Shown here: in pieces, positions 1-7,916 of the stretch
How positions within the stretch are numbered: the stretch's first letter is position 1
Layout of the letters: the number at the start of each line of letters is the position of its first letter
DNA from: Anaerolineales bacterium UBA3499
GTDB lineage: Bacteria > Chloroflexota > Anaerolineae > Anaerolineales > UBA11657
Direction of reading: 5' to 3'
Length of the DNA: 64,000 nucleotides
Assembly (NCBI GenBank): GCA_002377585.1
Contig: DFQC01000007.1
Coordinates: 84,670 to 148,669 of the forward strand
Position numbers and translations under genes: made by a program
The notes under the pieces: model-generated
The model's database searches: none
Told to the model about the DNA's origin: nothing
The model's input: only the letters and a program-made list of their open reading frames with translations

Positions 1-315
1 CTTATTACAGCGGGTAGAAAAAGCATTGTATCTGGAAGGTATATATGGCATTCAGGTGGATGGAAAACTGATGGTGCTCCATATATTACTACTTGGCAGG
101 ATGTTGTACAGGAGACTAGATCAGGCAGTTTTTACATATGTGGAGAACTGGGGACTGTTGACCGTGCGGAATTTGCAGAAAATGTCATTATAGCGCCATC
201 TCCATTGAATGTTCGTCGAGCTGCCTCTATGATCGCAATAGCAAGTAAACGCTTGGATAAAGGAGATTTTGATGAACCTAATGCGCTATCACCATTTTAT
301 TTGCGTAGCACTTAG
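1..315 (+). CDS. tsaB: C-terminal fragment of a TsaB/YeaZ-like t6A biosynthesis protein (5' end outside window)
   Basis: Frame 1 is open from base 1 to TAG at 313-315. It is absent from the ORF track because no start lies in the window. My translation ends ...NVRRAASMIAIASKRLDKGDFDEPNALSPFYLRST*, which resembles the conserved TsaB C-terminus (L.P.YLR). Recognised by eye only. Confidence 0.5.
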   Translation, partial: LITAGRKSIVSGRYIWHSGGWKTDGAPYITTWQDVVQETRSGSFYICGELGTVDRAEFAENVIIAPSPLNVRRAASMIAIASKRLDKGDFDEPNALSPFYLRST

Positions 316-371
316 GTCAACAACTAATTTGTACTGTTGTTGTGGGATGAAAACAGTGCAGTTATCAAGCT

Positions 372-1397
372 ATGGCTAATATACTAATTACGGGTGGGGC
401 TGGATTTATTGGTAGTAATTATGCGGCTCGTTTGTTGCAATGTGGCCACAATGTCACATTGTTTGACAATCTTTCTCGTAAAGGATCAGCAAAAAATCTA
501 GATTGGTTAAATGAAACTTTTTCTAATGGCCTTGAATTTTTTCTGGGAGATATACGTGATGTTGAAAGTGTCAATTCGGCAGTATCTGAAAAGGATGCTA
601 TTTTTCATTTTGCTGCTCAAGTAGCTGTGACCGAATCCGTAAGATGCCCAAGAGAAGATTTTGAAATTAATGCAGTAGGGACCTTCAACTTGTTGGAAGC
701 TGCCAGGCAGTCAGTTAAGAAACCTTTATTTGTATATTCCTCCACAAATAAGGTGTATGGAGCTATGGATCAACTTGCGGTGGTGGAACTAGAAAAGAGG
801 TGGACATACAAGGATTTGCCGTTAGGCATTTCTGAAAATCATACTTTGGATTTTCATTCTCCTTACGGGTGCTCTAAAGGAGCAGGGGATCAATATGTTC
901 GTGATTATGCGCGTATTTATGAATTACCGACAGTTGTGTTTAGACAATCATGCATTTATGGAACGCGTCAGTACGGTATCGAAGATCAAGGTTGGCTGGC
1001 TCATTTTATTATATCTATTCTGCAGGATTCCGAGATTAATATTTATGGGGATGGTAAACAGGTGCGCGATATATTGTGGGTGGACGATTTATTAGATGCA
1101 TATGATTTGGTATTAAACGAACCATCTCGATTTACAGGAGAGGTCTTTAATATTGGAGGGGGAGCATCATTTACAGTATCCATTTGGAATGAAATGGAGA
1201 CTGTTTTAAGCAAATTAGCTGGAAGAAGCATATCTGTGAAACATCATGATTGGAGACCGGGAGACCAGAAGGTGTACATTAGTGATACAACCTCATTTGA
1301 GAATTATGGCTGGAGTCCTAAGGTTGATCCTTTGAATGGAGTACGGATGCTGTGGGATTGGGTAAGTGATAATCTTAGTTTAGTGTCACAAATTTAG
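372..1397 (+). CDS. NAD-dependent sugar-nucleotide epimerase, extended SDR, CDP-paratose 2-epimerase (RfbE)-like
   Basis: 341 aa. Motifs: Rossmann GGAGFIGS, FDNLSRKG, YSSTNKVYG, catalytic SPYGCSKGAGDQY (YxxxK), DQGW and GDGKQVRD. I recognise this pattern from RfbE-type epimerases. The substrate cannot be determined from sequence. Confidence 0.8.
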   Translation: MANILITGGAGFIGSNYAARLLQCGHNVTLFDNLSRKGSAKNLDWLNETFSNGLEFFLGDIRDVESVNSAVSEKDAIFHFAAQVAVTESVRCPREDFEINAVGTFNLLEAARQSVKKPLFVYSSTNKVYGAMDQLAVVELEKRWTYKDLPLGISENHTLDFHSPYGCSKGAGDQYVRDYARIYELPTVVFRQSCIYGTRQYGIEDQGWLAHFIISILQDSEINIYGDGKQVRDILWVDDLLDAYDLVLNEPSRFTGEVFNIGGGASFTVSIWNEMETVLSKLAGRSISVKHHDWRPGDQKVYISDTTSFENYGWSPKVDPLNGVRMLWDWVSDNLSLVSQI

Positions 1398-1406
1398 GAG
1401 CAATGA

Positions 1407-2027
1407 ATGAAAATGGTGTTTGAATCTGATACTCTGGAAGTCATAGATGAGAAAATACGGACATGCGAGATGTGTACATTGGCAAGTACTCGCAATAATG
1501 CTGTTCCTGGGTCAGGCAATATTAACGCTAATATTATGTTTATTGGAGAGGGACCTGGCAAACATGAGGATGAAAATGGTTTGCCATTTGTAGGCGCAGC
1601 GGGTAAGTTTCTTGACGAACTTTTACAAGGAATTGATTTACTACGTTCAGATGTTTATATAACCAATATAGTAAAATGTCGTCCTCCACAAAATCGTGAT
1701 CCAAATCCAAAGGAAATAGCATCCTGTAATCCATATCTTGAAAGGCAGATAGATTTTATTAATCCAACTGTAATTGTAACTTTAGGTAGATTTTCAATGG
1801 CACGCTGGTTTCCTGGTGCTAGAATCAGTGATATCCATGGGGTGCCGAAGCGTTTCGGATCACGTGTTGTTGTGCCTATGTTTCATCCTGCAGCGGCTCT
1901 TTACAATCCTAGCAAGCGTCCTGTACTTCACGAAGACTTTAGTCGTTTACCAGGTTTTATCATTGAAATGAATAGTGACGATAATCATGAGTCTAAGCCA
2001 GGTTTTGAGCAATTAGACTTATTATAG
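1407..2027 (+). CDS. Uracil-DNA glycosylase, family 4 (Fe-S type)
   Basis: 206 aa. N-terminal CEMC (CxxC), GEGPGKHEDENGLPFVGAAGKFL motif and C-terminal FHPAA, all typical of family-4 UDGs. Confidence 0.85.
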   Translation: MKMVFESDTLEVIDEKIRTCEMCTLASTRNNAVPGSGNINANIMFIGEGPGKHEDENGLPFVGAAGKFLDELLQGIDLLRSDVYITNIVKCRPPQNRDPNPKEIASCNPYLERQIDFINPTVIVTLGRFSMARWFPGARISDIHGVPKRFGSRVVVPMFHPAAALYNPSKRPVLHEDFSRLPGFIIEMNSDDNHESKPGFEQLDLL

Positions 2028-2176
2028 CGTGATTGCATTAGTGTGGACAGGGTCCATACTGGAAGTTATAATTCTCGATTGCACAGAAGATGTGCCAGTC
2101 TAATATAATAATCAAAACAACAAGTGTGATACTTTGAGAATTTCGTTTTGTGCATAATGATAGGTAGAGTGAATAT

Positions 2177-3193
2177 ATGAGATTCCTTATTACAGGTGGT
2201 GCTGGTTTCATTGGCAGCCATTTATCAGAGGATTTATTGGCAGCTGGCCATAGTGTGGTTGCTATAGATGATCTTTCTACTGGCAGAATGGACAATGTAG
2301 AGTCGGTGTCAAAAAAGAAGGAATTTCAATTAGTAGTTGAATCTATTACTAATACAACAGTGATGGATCGTTTAGTGAGTGAGTGCGATATCATCGTACA
2401 TTTAGCTGCTGCAGTTGGTGTTGAGCTTATTGTTCGTTCACCTGTGCATACAATAGAGACTAATGTAATGGGTACAGAGAACGTGTTGCGGACAGCTCGT
2501 CGTTATCGTAAAAAAATACTTATTGCATCCACATCTGAGATTTACGGGAAATTGAATAATGTACCCTTCAAGGAAGATGACGATAGCCTGATGGGTGCTA
2601 CCACTCGTCATCGTTGGGCTTATGCTACTTCAAAGGCGTTGGACGAATTCCTAGCATTGGCTTACCACAAGGAAATGGGTCTACCAGTAGTCATTTTCCG
2701 CTTGTTTAATACAATAGGTCCGCGTCAACGGGGACGTTATGGGATGGTTGTACCGCGTTTTGTGAGTCAGGCTTTGTCAGGCTCTGACATAACAGTTTAT
2801 GGAGATGGAAATCAGAGTCGGTGCTTTTGCGATGTGAGAGACGTCATCCCTGCAATTAAATCACTGGCTGAATCTTCTGCAGCCGAGGGGCGTGTATTCA
2901 ATATAGGTGCTAACGATGAAATATCTATTATTGACTTGGCGCGTAAAGTAAAAGATATGTGTAACAGTCAGTCAAAAATCATTCTAGTTCCTTATGAACA
3001 AGCTACGGAAGAGGGATTTGAAGATATGCGTCGTCGGATTCCTGATATTAGTCGCATTAATGACCTCATTGGGTGGAATCCGCGTATTGAACTAGATGAT
3101 ACTATTGCGGACATCATCAAACAATTTAAGGAAGATGGTTTAAGTGACACGATCACGGAAATCCCTAATGGAGAGCGAGTAGTGGTAGATTGA
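2177..3193 (+). CDS. NAD-dependent epimerase/dehydratase, ArnA-decarboxylase/UXS-like extended SDR
   Basis: 338 aa. Has GGAGFIGSH, then RHRWAYATSKALDEFLALAY followed by FRLFNTIGPRQ. This closely resembles the RW.Y..SK...D......FRPFNW.GPR block of UDP-glucuronate decarboxylase domains. Confidence 0.75.
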   Translation: MRFLITGGAGFIGSHLSEDLLAAGHSVVAIDDLSTGRMDNVESVSKKKEFQLVVESITNTTVMDRLVSECDIIVHLAAAVGVELIVRSPVHTIETNVMGTENVLRTARRYRKKILIASTSEIYGKLNNVPFKEDDDSLMGATTRHRWAYATSKALDEFLALAYHKEMGLPVVIFRLFNTIGPRQRGRYGMVVPRFVSQALSGSDITVYGDGNQSRCFCDVRDVIPAIKSLAESSAAEGRVFNIGANDEISIIDLARKVKDMCNSQSKIILVPYEQATEEGFEDMRRRIPDISRINDLIGWNPRIELDDTIADIIKQFKEDGLSDTITEIPNGERVVVD

Positions 3194-3202
3194 TCGCTCG
3201 CT

Positions 3203-4525
3203 TTGCCCATGCCCAAATCGCTTAGTGCAGCTCTAACAGATAAGATCCAAAATAAAGAGGCCCGCGTAGGTATTATTGGCCTTGGTTATGTTGGACTGCC
3301 TTTGGCTGTTGAATTTGCTCAGGCAGGCTACCATGTTGTGGGTATTGATACAGATTCAATCAAAGTGGATGCCCTGAATAGGGGTGATTGCTATATCACT
3401 GATATATCAGCCGAATTGTTTAGTGATATGGTCGCAACGGGTCGACTAATGGCCACGCAGGATTACCTAGCTATCGGTGAGCTTGATGCTATTAGCATAT
3501 GTGTTCCTACACCACTTCGGAAAACTCGAGATCCTGATATGTCATATGTTGTAGCTGCCGCTAATCAAATAGCTAAGTATTTGCGGCCAGGCACTCTGGT
3601 TATTTTGGAGAGCACAACGTATCCTGGCACTACTGCTGAGGTGGTATTGCCTATTATGCTTGGAAACGGCTATGTTATTGGTGAAGACATATTTTTAGCA
3701 TATTCACCAGAAAGGATTGATCCGGCGAATACTACTTATGGTGTTCATAACACACCGAAAGTGATTGGCGGGGTCACAATAGATTGTGCTGATGTAGCTA
3801 CGGCACTCTACGATACAGTAGTGGAAGAGGTGGTTAAAGTCTCTTCTACACAAGCAGCTGAAATGGTGAAACTGCTCGAAAACACATTTCGAGCTGTAAA
3901 CATAGGTCTTATTAACGAAATGGCTATCATGTGTGATAAGTTGGGAATTGATGTATGGGAAGTAATAGAAGCTGCAAAAACAAAACCATTTGGATATATG
4001 CCATTTTATCCAGGGCCTGGTTTGGGGGGACATTGTATCCCTATTGATCCTCTTTATCTTTCATGGAAACTAAAATCACTGAATTTTAATGCACGTTTCA
4101 TAGAGCTTGCTGATGAAATAAATACTAATATGCCTCGTTATGTGGTGCGAAAGGTTGCGGAAGCTTTGAATGAAGATAGTAAACCAGTTCGTGGATCCAG
4201 GGTACTGATATTAGGTGTTGCATATAAGGCTGATGTAGGTGATGTACGTGAAGCACCAGCGTTAGATATCATACAGCTTTTGAAGCAGCAAGGAGCGATA
4301 GTTCATTATCATGATCCTTATGTGTCTAGTATACAGTTTGATCAAGTAGATATGAATTCTGTTGATTATGACATGTCAATTTTGGAGTCAGTAGATTGTG
4401 TAATTATTGTGACTGATCATAGTTATTATAACTGGACTGACATTCTGAATCATACTAATTTGGTTGTTGATACTCGGAATGCTACAGTGGGCTTGAATGG
4501 CCTTGCCAGGGTAGTCAAGATATAA
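3203..4525 (+). CDS. Nucleotide-sugar 6-dehydrogenase (UDP-ManNAc/UDP-GlcNAc dehydrogenase-like, WecC/WbpA family)
   Basis: 440 aa. Has GLGYVGLPLA NAD-binding N-terminus, the catalytic-Cys motif GGHCIPIDP and the C-terminal LGVAYKADVGDVREAP UDP-binding domain. Confidence 0.85.
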   Translation: MPMPKSLSAALTDKIQNKEARVGIIGLGYVGLPLAVEFAQAGYHVVGIDTDSIKVDALNRGDCYITDISAELFSDMVATGRLMATQDYLAIGELDAISICVPTPLRKTRDPDMSYVVAAANQIAKYLRPGTLVILESTTYPGTTAEVVLPIMLGNGYVIGEDIFLAYSPERIDPANTTYGVHNTPKVIGGVTIDCADVATALYDTVVEEVVKVSSTQAAEMVKLLENTFRAVNIGLINEMAIMCDKLGIDVWEVIEAAKTKPFGYMPFYPGPGLGGHCIPIDPLYLSWKLKSLNFNARFIELADEINTNMPRYVVRKVAEALNEDSKPVRGSRVLILGVAYKADVGDVREAPALDIIQLLKQQGAIVHYHDPYVSSIQFDQVDMNSVDYDMSILESVDCVIIVTDHSYYNWTDILNHTNLVVDTRNATVGLNGLARVVKI

Positions 4526-4538
4526 CTTTACTGTACAG

Positions 4539-5705
4539 ATGCGTCTATATGTGGTCTCTGGTTCTTATCATCCTGAGGTCGGTGGTCCTTCTACCTATCT
4601 TAGAAGACTGCTGCCCGAACTCATAGAACGTGGACATCATGTTTCTGTTATTACCTATACTGATGCCAAAATTAGTGGAATAGATGATAGTTTTTCTTAT
4701 CACGTATATCGAGTTTCGCGCAGCTGGCCTCTAATCCTGCGATTAGTTTTGTTCACTATTAATATATTATGGAGAGCTCGCGATTATGACGTACTGTTTG
4801 TAAGCGATTATGGCTTACCTGCTATTTTGGCTAATCTGATATTACGTAAACCTATAGTTTTGAAAAATGTGAGCGATTTTGCTTGGGAATATAGCGTGCG
4901 CCATAATTGGATTAACAAAAAACAAACTATCGATGAATTTCAAATTAGTAACCATGGATGGAGAGTGCGTGTGTTCCAGGCAATACGTGCATGGTATACG
5001 AAAAAGGCTAGTTTGGTCATTGTTCCCAGCAAATATATAGGTAAATTGGTTTCAAGTTGGGGTGTTCCACCTGATCAAATTAGAGTTGTCTACAATTCTC
5101 TAGATTATAGTCGTTTTGATAATTTGCCTAGCAAAAAAGATGTTCGCAAAACATTGGGTTATTCTGAAAAATTGCCTATAGTGCTGACTGCGGCTAGATT
5201 GGTATCATGGAAGGGTGTTGATAGTATCATACGTACTATTGCGCGAATTAGAGATGATTTTCCTAGGGTAAACTTGATGGTAGTAGGTGATGGTCCTGAG
5301 CGTAGACAACTGGAAAAACTGGCTGTTGAATCTGAATTACCGGTGCAATTCCTTGGTTTTAAATCTCAGGAGAATTTATACCATATTATGCGTGCTGCAG
5401 ATGTGTTTGTCCTATTTTCAACCTATGAAGGCATGCCTCATTCAGTTTTAGAAGCAATGGCTTGTGGAACTCCGGTGGTAGCATCATCAATTGGTGGTAC
5501 AGTTGAGGTGATAACAGATCAAGTAAATGGATTGCTTGTGCCTGCTGGCAATGAAGCAGCTTTAGCGGATGCCATTAAACAACTATTAAACCAAGTTTCT
5601 TTGGCACAAAAACTGTCGATAGGTGCAGCTAATACATTACAACGGTTTTCATGGGACAGTCTAATTGAAACAACAGAGAATGTTTTGCTGGAGGCCATCA
5701 ATTGA
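4539..5705 (+). CDS. Glycosyltransferase, GT4 family (GT-B fold)
   Basis: 388 aa. C-terminal EX7E-type motif STYEGMPHSVLEAMACGTPVV and GDGPER loop. Stop overlaps the next start. Confidence 0.8.
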   Translation: MRLYVVSGSYHPEVGGPSTYLRRLLPELIERGHHVSVITYTDAKISGIDDSFSYHVYRVSRSWPLILRLVLFTINILWRARDYDVLFVSDYGLPAILANLILRKPIVLKNVSDFAWEYSVRHNWINKKQTIDEFQISNHGWRVRVFQAIRAWYTKKASLVIVPSKYIGKLVSSWGVPPDQIRVVYNSLDYSRFDNLPSKKDVRKTLGYSEKLPIVLTAARLVSWKGVDSIIRTIARIRDDFPRVNLMVVGDGPERRQLEKLAVESELPVQFLGFKSQENLYHIMRAADVFVLFSTYEGMPHSVLEAMACGTPVVASSIGGTVEVITDQVNGLLVPAGNEAALADAIKQLLNQVSLAQKLSIGAANTLQRFSWDSLIETTENVLLEAIN

Positions 5706-6817
5706 ATTTGCTGATGCTTAGTGGTGATACCTCTGTTGTCAGAGGTGAGCGAGGAGCTTTCTACAATACACTAAGTGAATTGTCATCACATTGGGAAAAT
5801 ATCGATATTCTTACTAGTCATGTAGCTGGTGTGACTAGATACAAATGTTTTGGCAACGTAAATTTCTATTGTTCAAATTATGCGAAGATACTGCAGCCGT
5901 ATTTTATACGGAAACAAGGACGCGCATTAGCTGACATGCAGAATTACAACTTGATAGTTTCACATGATTATGGATGGTTTCTTAACGGCGTCGGAGCTAA
6001 ATGGTTGGCTTCGAATATTGAAGTACCCTATATTAGTGAAATACATCACGTTGATGGATATCCTCGCGCAGCTAATTTTAGAGACAAGCTTCAACCATGG
6101 TTGACACGTTGGTATATCAGGCAGACAATGGATCATGTTTTGGGTTTTCGCATCACCAATTCTATTGAGTTGAAACCCTTGTTAGAAAACTGGGGAGTGC
6201 CGCCAAATCAGATTCTCTTGTTATACAGTATGTACTTGGATTTTGATGTATTTAGACCAATGTCTGTTCCTTTAGAGTATGATGCTATTTTTGTGGGTCG
6301 AATGACAGCTAATAAGGCTCCATTTTTGTTTTTAGAGGGAGTTGCAAAAGCTGCTAATGAGAAAAAAGATATACGAGTGTTGATTGTAGGTCAAGGTCCT
6401 CTAGTCTCCAAATTGCGTAAACGCACTATGACACTTGGATTGTCTGATAATGTTGACTTCATAAGATGGATTTCCAATACGGATGAGCTTGCAAATTATT
6501 ACCGCAGTTCCAGATGTTTGGTGTGTACTTCTTATAGTGAGGGTGGTCCGAGAGTAGTGGCCGAAGCACTAGCTTGTGGTACTCCGATAATTACAACCCG
6601 CGTTGGACTCAGTAGTGAATTAATCGAAGATGGTGTCAATGGATTTTTTATAGACTGGTCGGCTGATATGCTAGCGAATCGGCTTTTACAAATGAGTAAT
6701 AATACTGGTTTGCGAGATACTATGGCTATTGAAGCACCAAAGTCGGTACAGAAATTTGAAAAAGTACATGTTGTGAATAAGTATGCGTCCTATTATAAGC
6801 AGTTGGTGTCTAAATGA
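5702..6817 (+). CDS. Glycosyltransferase, GT4 family
   Basis: 371 aa. Motif SYSEGGPRVVAEALACGTPIITT. The start at 5702 is TTG; an in-frame ATG lies at 5714. Overlaps its neighbours by 4 nt at each end. Confidence 0.75.
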   Translation: MNLLMLSGDTSVVRGERGAFYNTLSELSSHWENIDILTSHVAGVTRYKCFGNVNFYCSNYAKILQPYFIRKQGRALADMQNYNLIVSHDYGWFLNGVGAKWLASNIEVPYISEIHHVDGYPRAANFRDKLQPWLTRWYIRQTMDHVLGFRITNSIELKPLLENWGVPPNQILLLYSMYLDFDVFRPMSVPLEYDAIFVGRMTANKAPFLFLEGVAKAANEKKDIRVLIVGQGPLVSKLRKRTMTLGLSDNVDFIRWISNTDELANYYRSSRCLVCTSYSEGGPRVVAEALACGTPIITTRVGLSSELIEDGVNGFFIDWSADMLANRLLQMSNNTGLRDTMAIEAPKSVQKFEKVHVVNKYASYYKQLVSK

Positions 6818-7878
6818 GGCTGCTTTACATCACCTATAAGGTAGATTCTGCTGATAGTTTGGTAGGACATGTTGTGAGTTGGATCAGAGGCCTGTCGACT
6901 GAATTTGCATCAATAGAAGTAATTTGTCTGGAATACGGTGGAGAAGATCTTCCAGAAAATGTACGTGTGCACTCATTGGTGGACGGGAAGGGGAATACTA
7001 GACTTAGTCGTTATATCAAATTTTGGCAAATAGCATGGAAAATACGCCATTCTGTGGAAATTGTTTTTTGTCAATTTAGTCCAGAATATGTGCTAGGAAT
7101 AGCTCCGTTGGCTGTGTTATATTCTTGGCCCATTATTATTTGGTATACCCACAGGCACGTGAGCTGGCGTTTGCGGATTGCTACTATGTTGTCTAAATGT
7201 GTTGTGACAGCTTCGCTAGAAAGTTTTCAAATCAAGACGAATAAGACATCTGTGATTGGACATGGTATAAACACTGATCAATTTAGACCTAGTTCTAATG
7301 TTACTACAGGACCATCAGTGATATTATCTGTAGGTCGGTTATCCCCAATTAAAAATTACGAATTGTTGATTGACTCTATTCAATCTCTACGTAACTGTCA
7401 TGGCAATGAGGACTTTGTGGTTCGTATCGTTGGTGGAGATGAAGGTAACGCACCAGAAAATTATAGGTCTATATTACAAGAACGAATAGATGAATCTGGA
7501 TTGGGTCAACTTGTAGAGTTGGTTGGACCAATTCCATATGAGCAAATAATGGGCGAATATATAGGTGCGAGCGCGCACATTAATCTTTGTTCAACGGGTG
7601 GTATGGATAAGGCTGTGTTAGAAGGAATGGCATGTGGGGTGCCAACCCTAGTTCGTAATGAGTCATTTGCTTCGATGGCAAATGTTACTTCGGGTTTGGA
7701 ATTGCTAAAATCTGATAATTCAGACTTGATAGCTAAACGTATTCTAAAATTGATTGGAATGTCACAAGATGACAGAAAAATCATTGGAAAAGATATGTGG
7801 GAGCTAGTTAATCTGTCTCATGGTCAAGATAAATTTATCGGGACTTTGGCCAAGACTATACAAAGATTAGCTGACTAG
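6814..7878 (+). CDS. Glycosyltransferase, GT4-like
   Basis: 354 aa. Has the C-terminal GGMDKAVLEGMACGVPTLV motif and a GRLSPIKN loop typical of GT-B retaining transferases. Confidence 0.65.
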   Translation: MRLLYITYKVDSADSLVGHVVSWIRGLSTEFASIEVICLEYGGEDLPENVRVHSLVDGKGNTRLSRYIKFWQIAWKIRHSVEIVFCQFSPEYVLGIAPLAVLYSWPIIIWYTHRHVSWRLRIATMLSKCVVTASLESFQIKTNKTSVIGHGINTDQFRPSSNVTTGPSVILSVGRLSPIKNYELLIDSIQSLRNCHGNEDFVVRIVGGDEGNAPENYRSILQERIDESGLGQLVELVGPIPYEQIMGEYIGASAHINLCSTGGMDKAVLEGMACGVPTLVRNESFASMANVTSGLELLKSDNSDLIAKRILKLIGMSQDDRKIIGKDMWELVNLSHGQDKFIGTLAKTIQRLAD

Positions 7879-7916
7879 CAATATGGTGTCTTGCTCGTGC
7901 TTATGATCTCCGTTGC

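Noticed and set aside
1407-2027. Family-4 uracil-DNA glycosylase embedded between sugar-nucleotide genes, considered as a possible functional member of the glycan cluster
   Set aside because: The motifs are those of a bona fide DNA repair UDG and there is no mechanistic link to glycan synthesis. This is most simply passenger gene order. Noted only as a context oddity.
2038-2295. 85-aa minus-strand ORF spanning the spacer and the 5' end of the 2177-3193 SDR gene
   Set aside because: It overlaps the Rossmann-fold N-terminus of a confident gene on the opposite strand and has no recognisable features.
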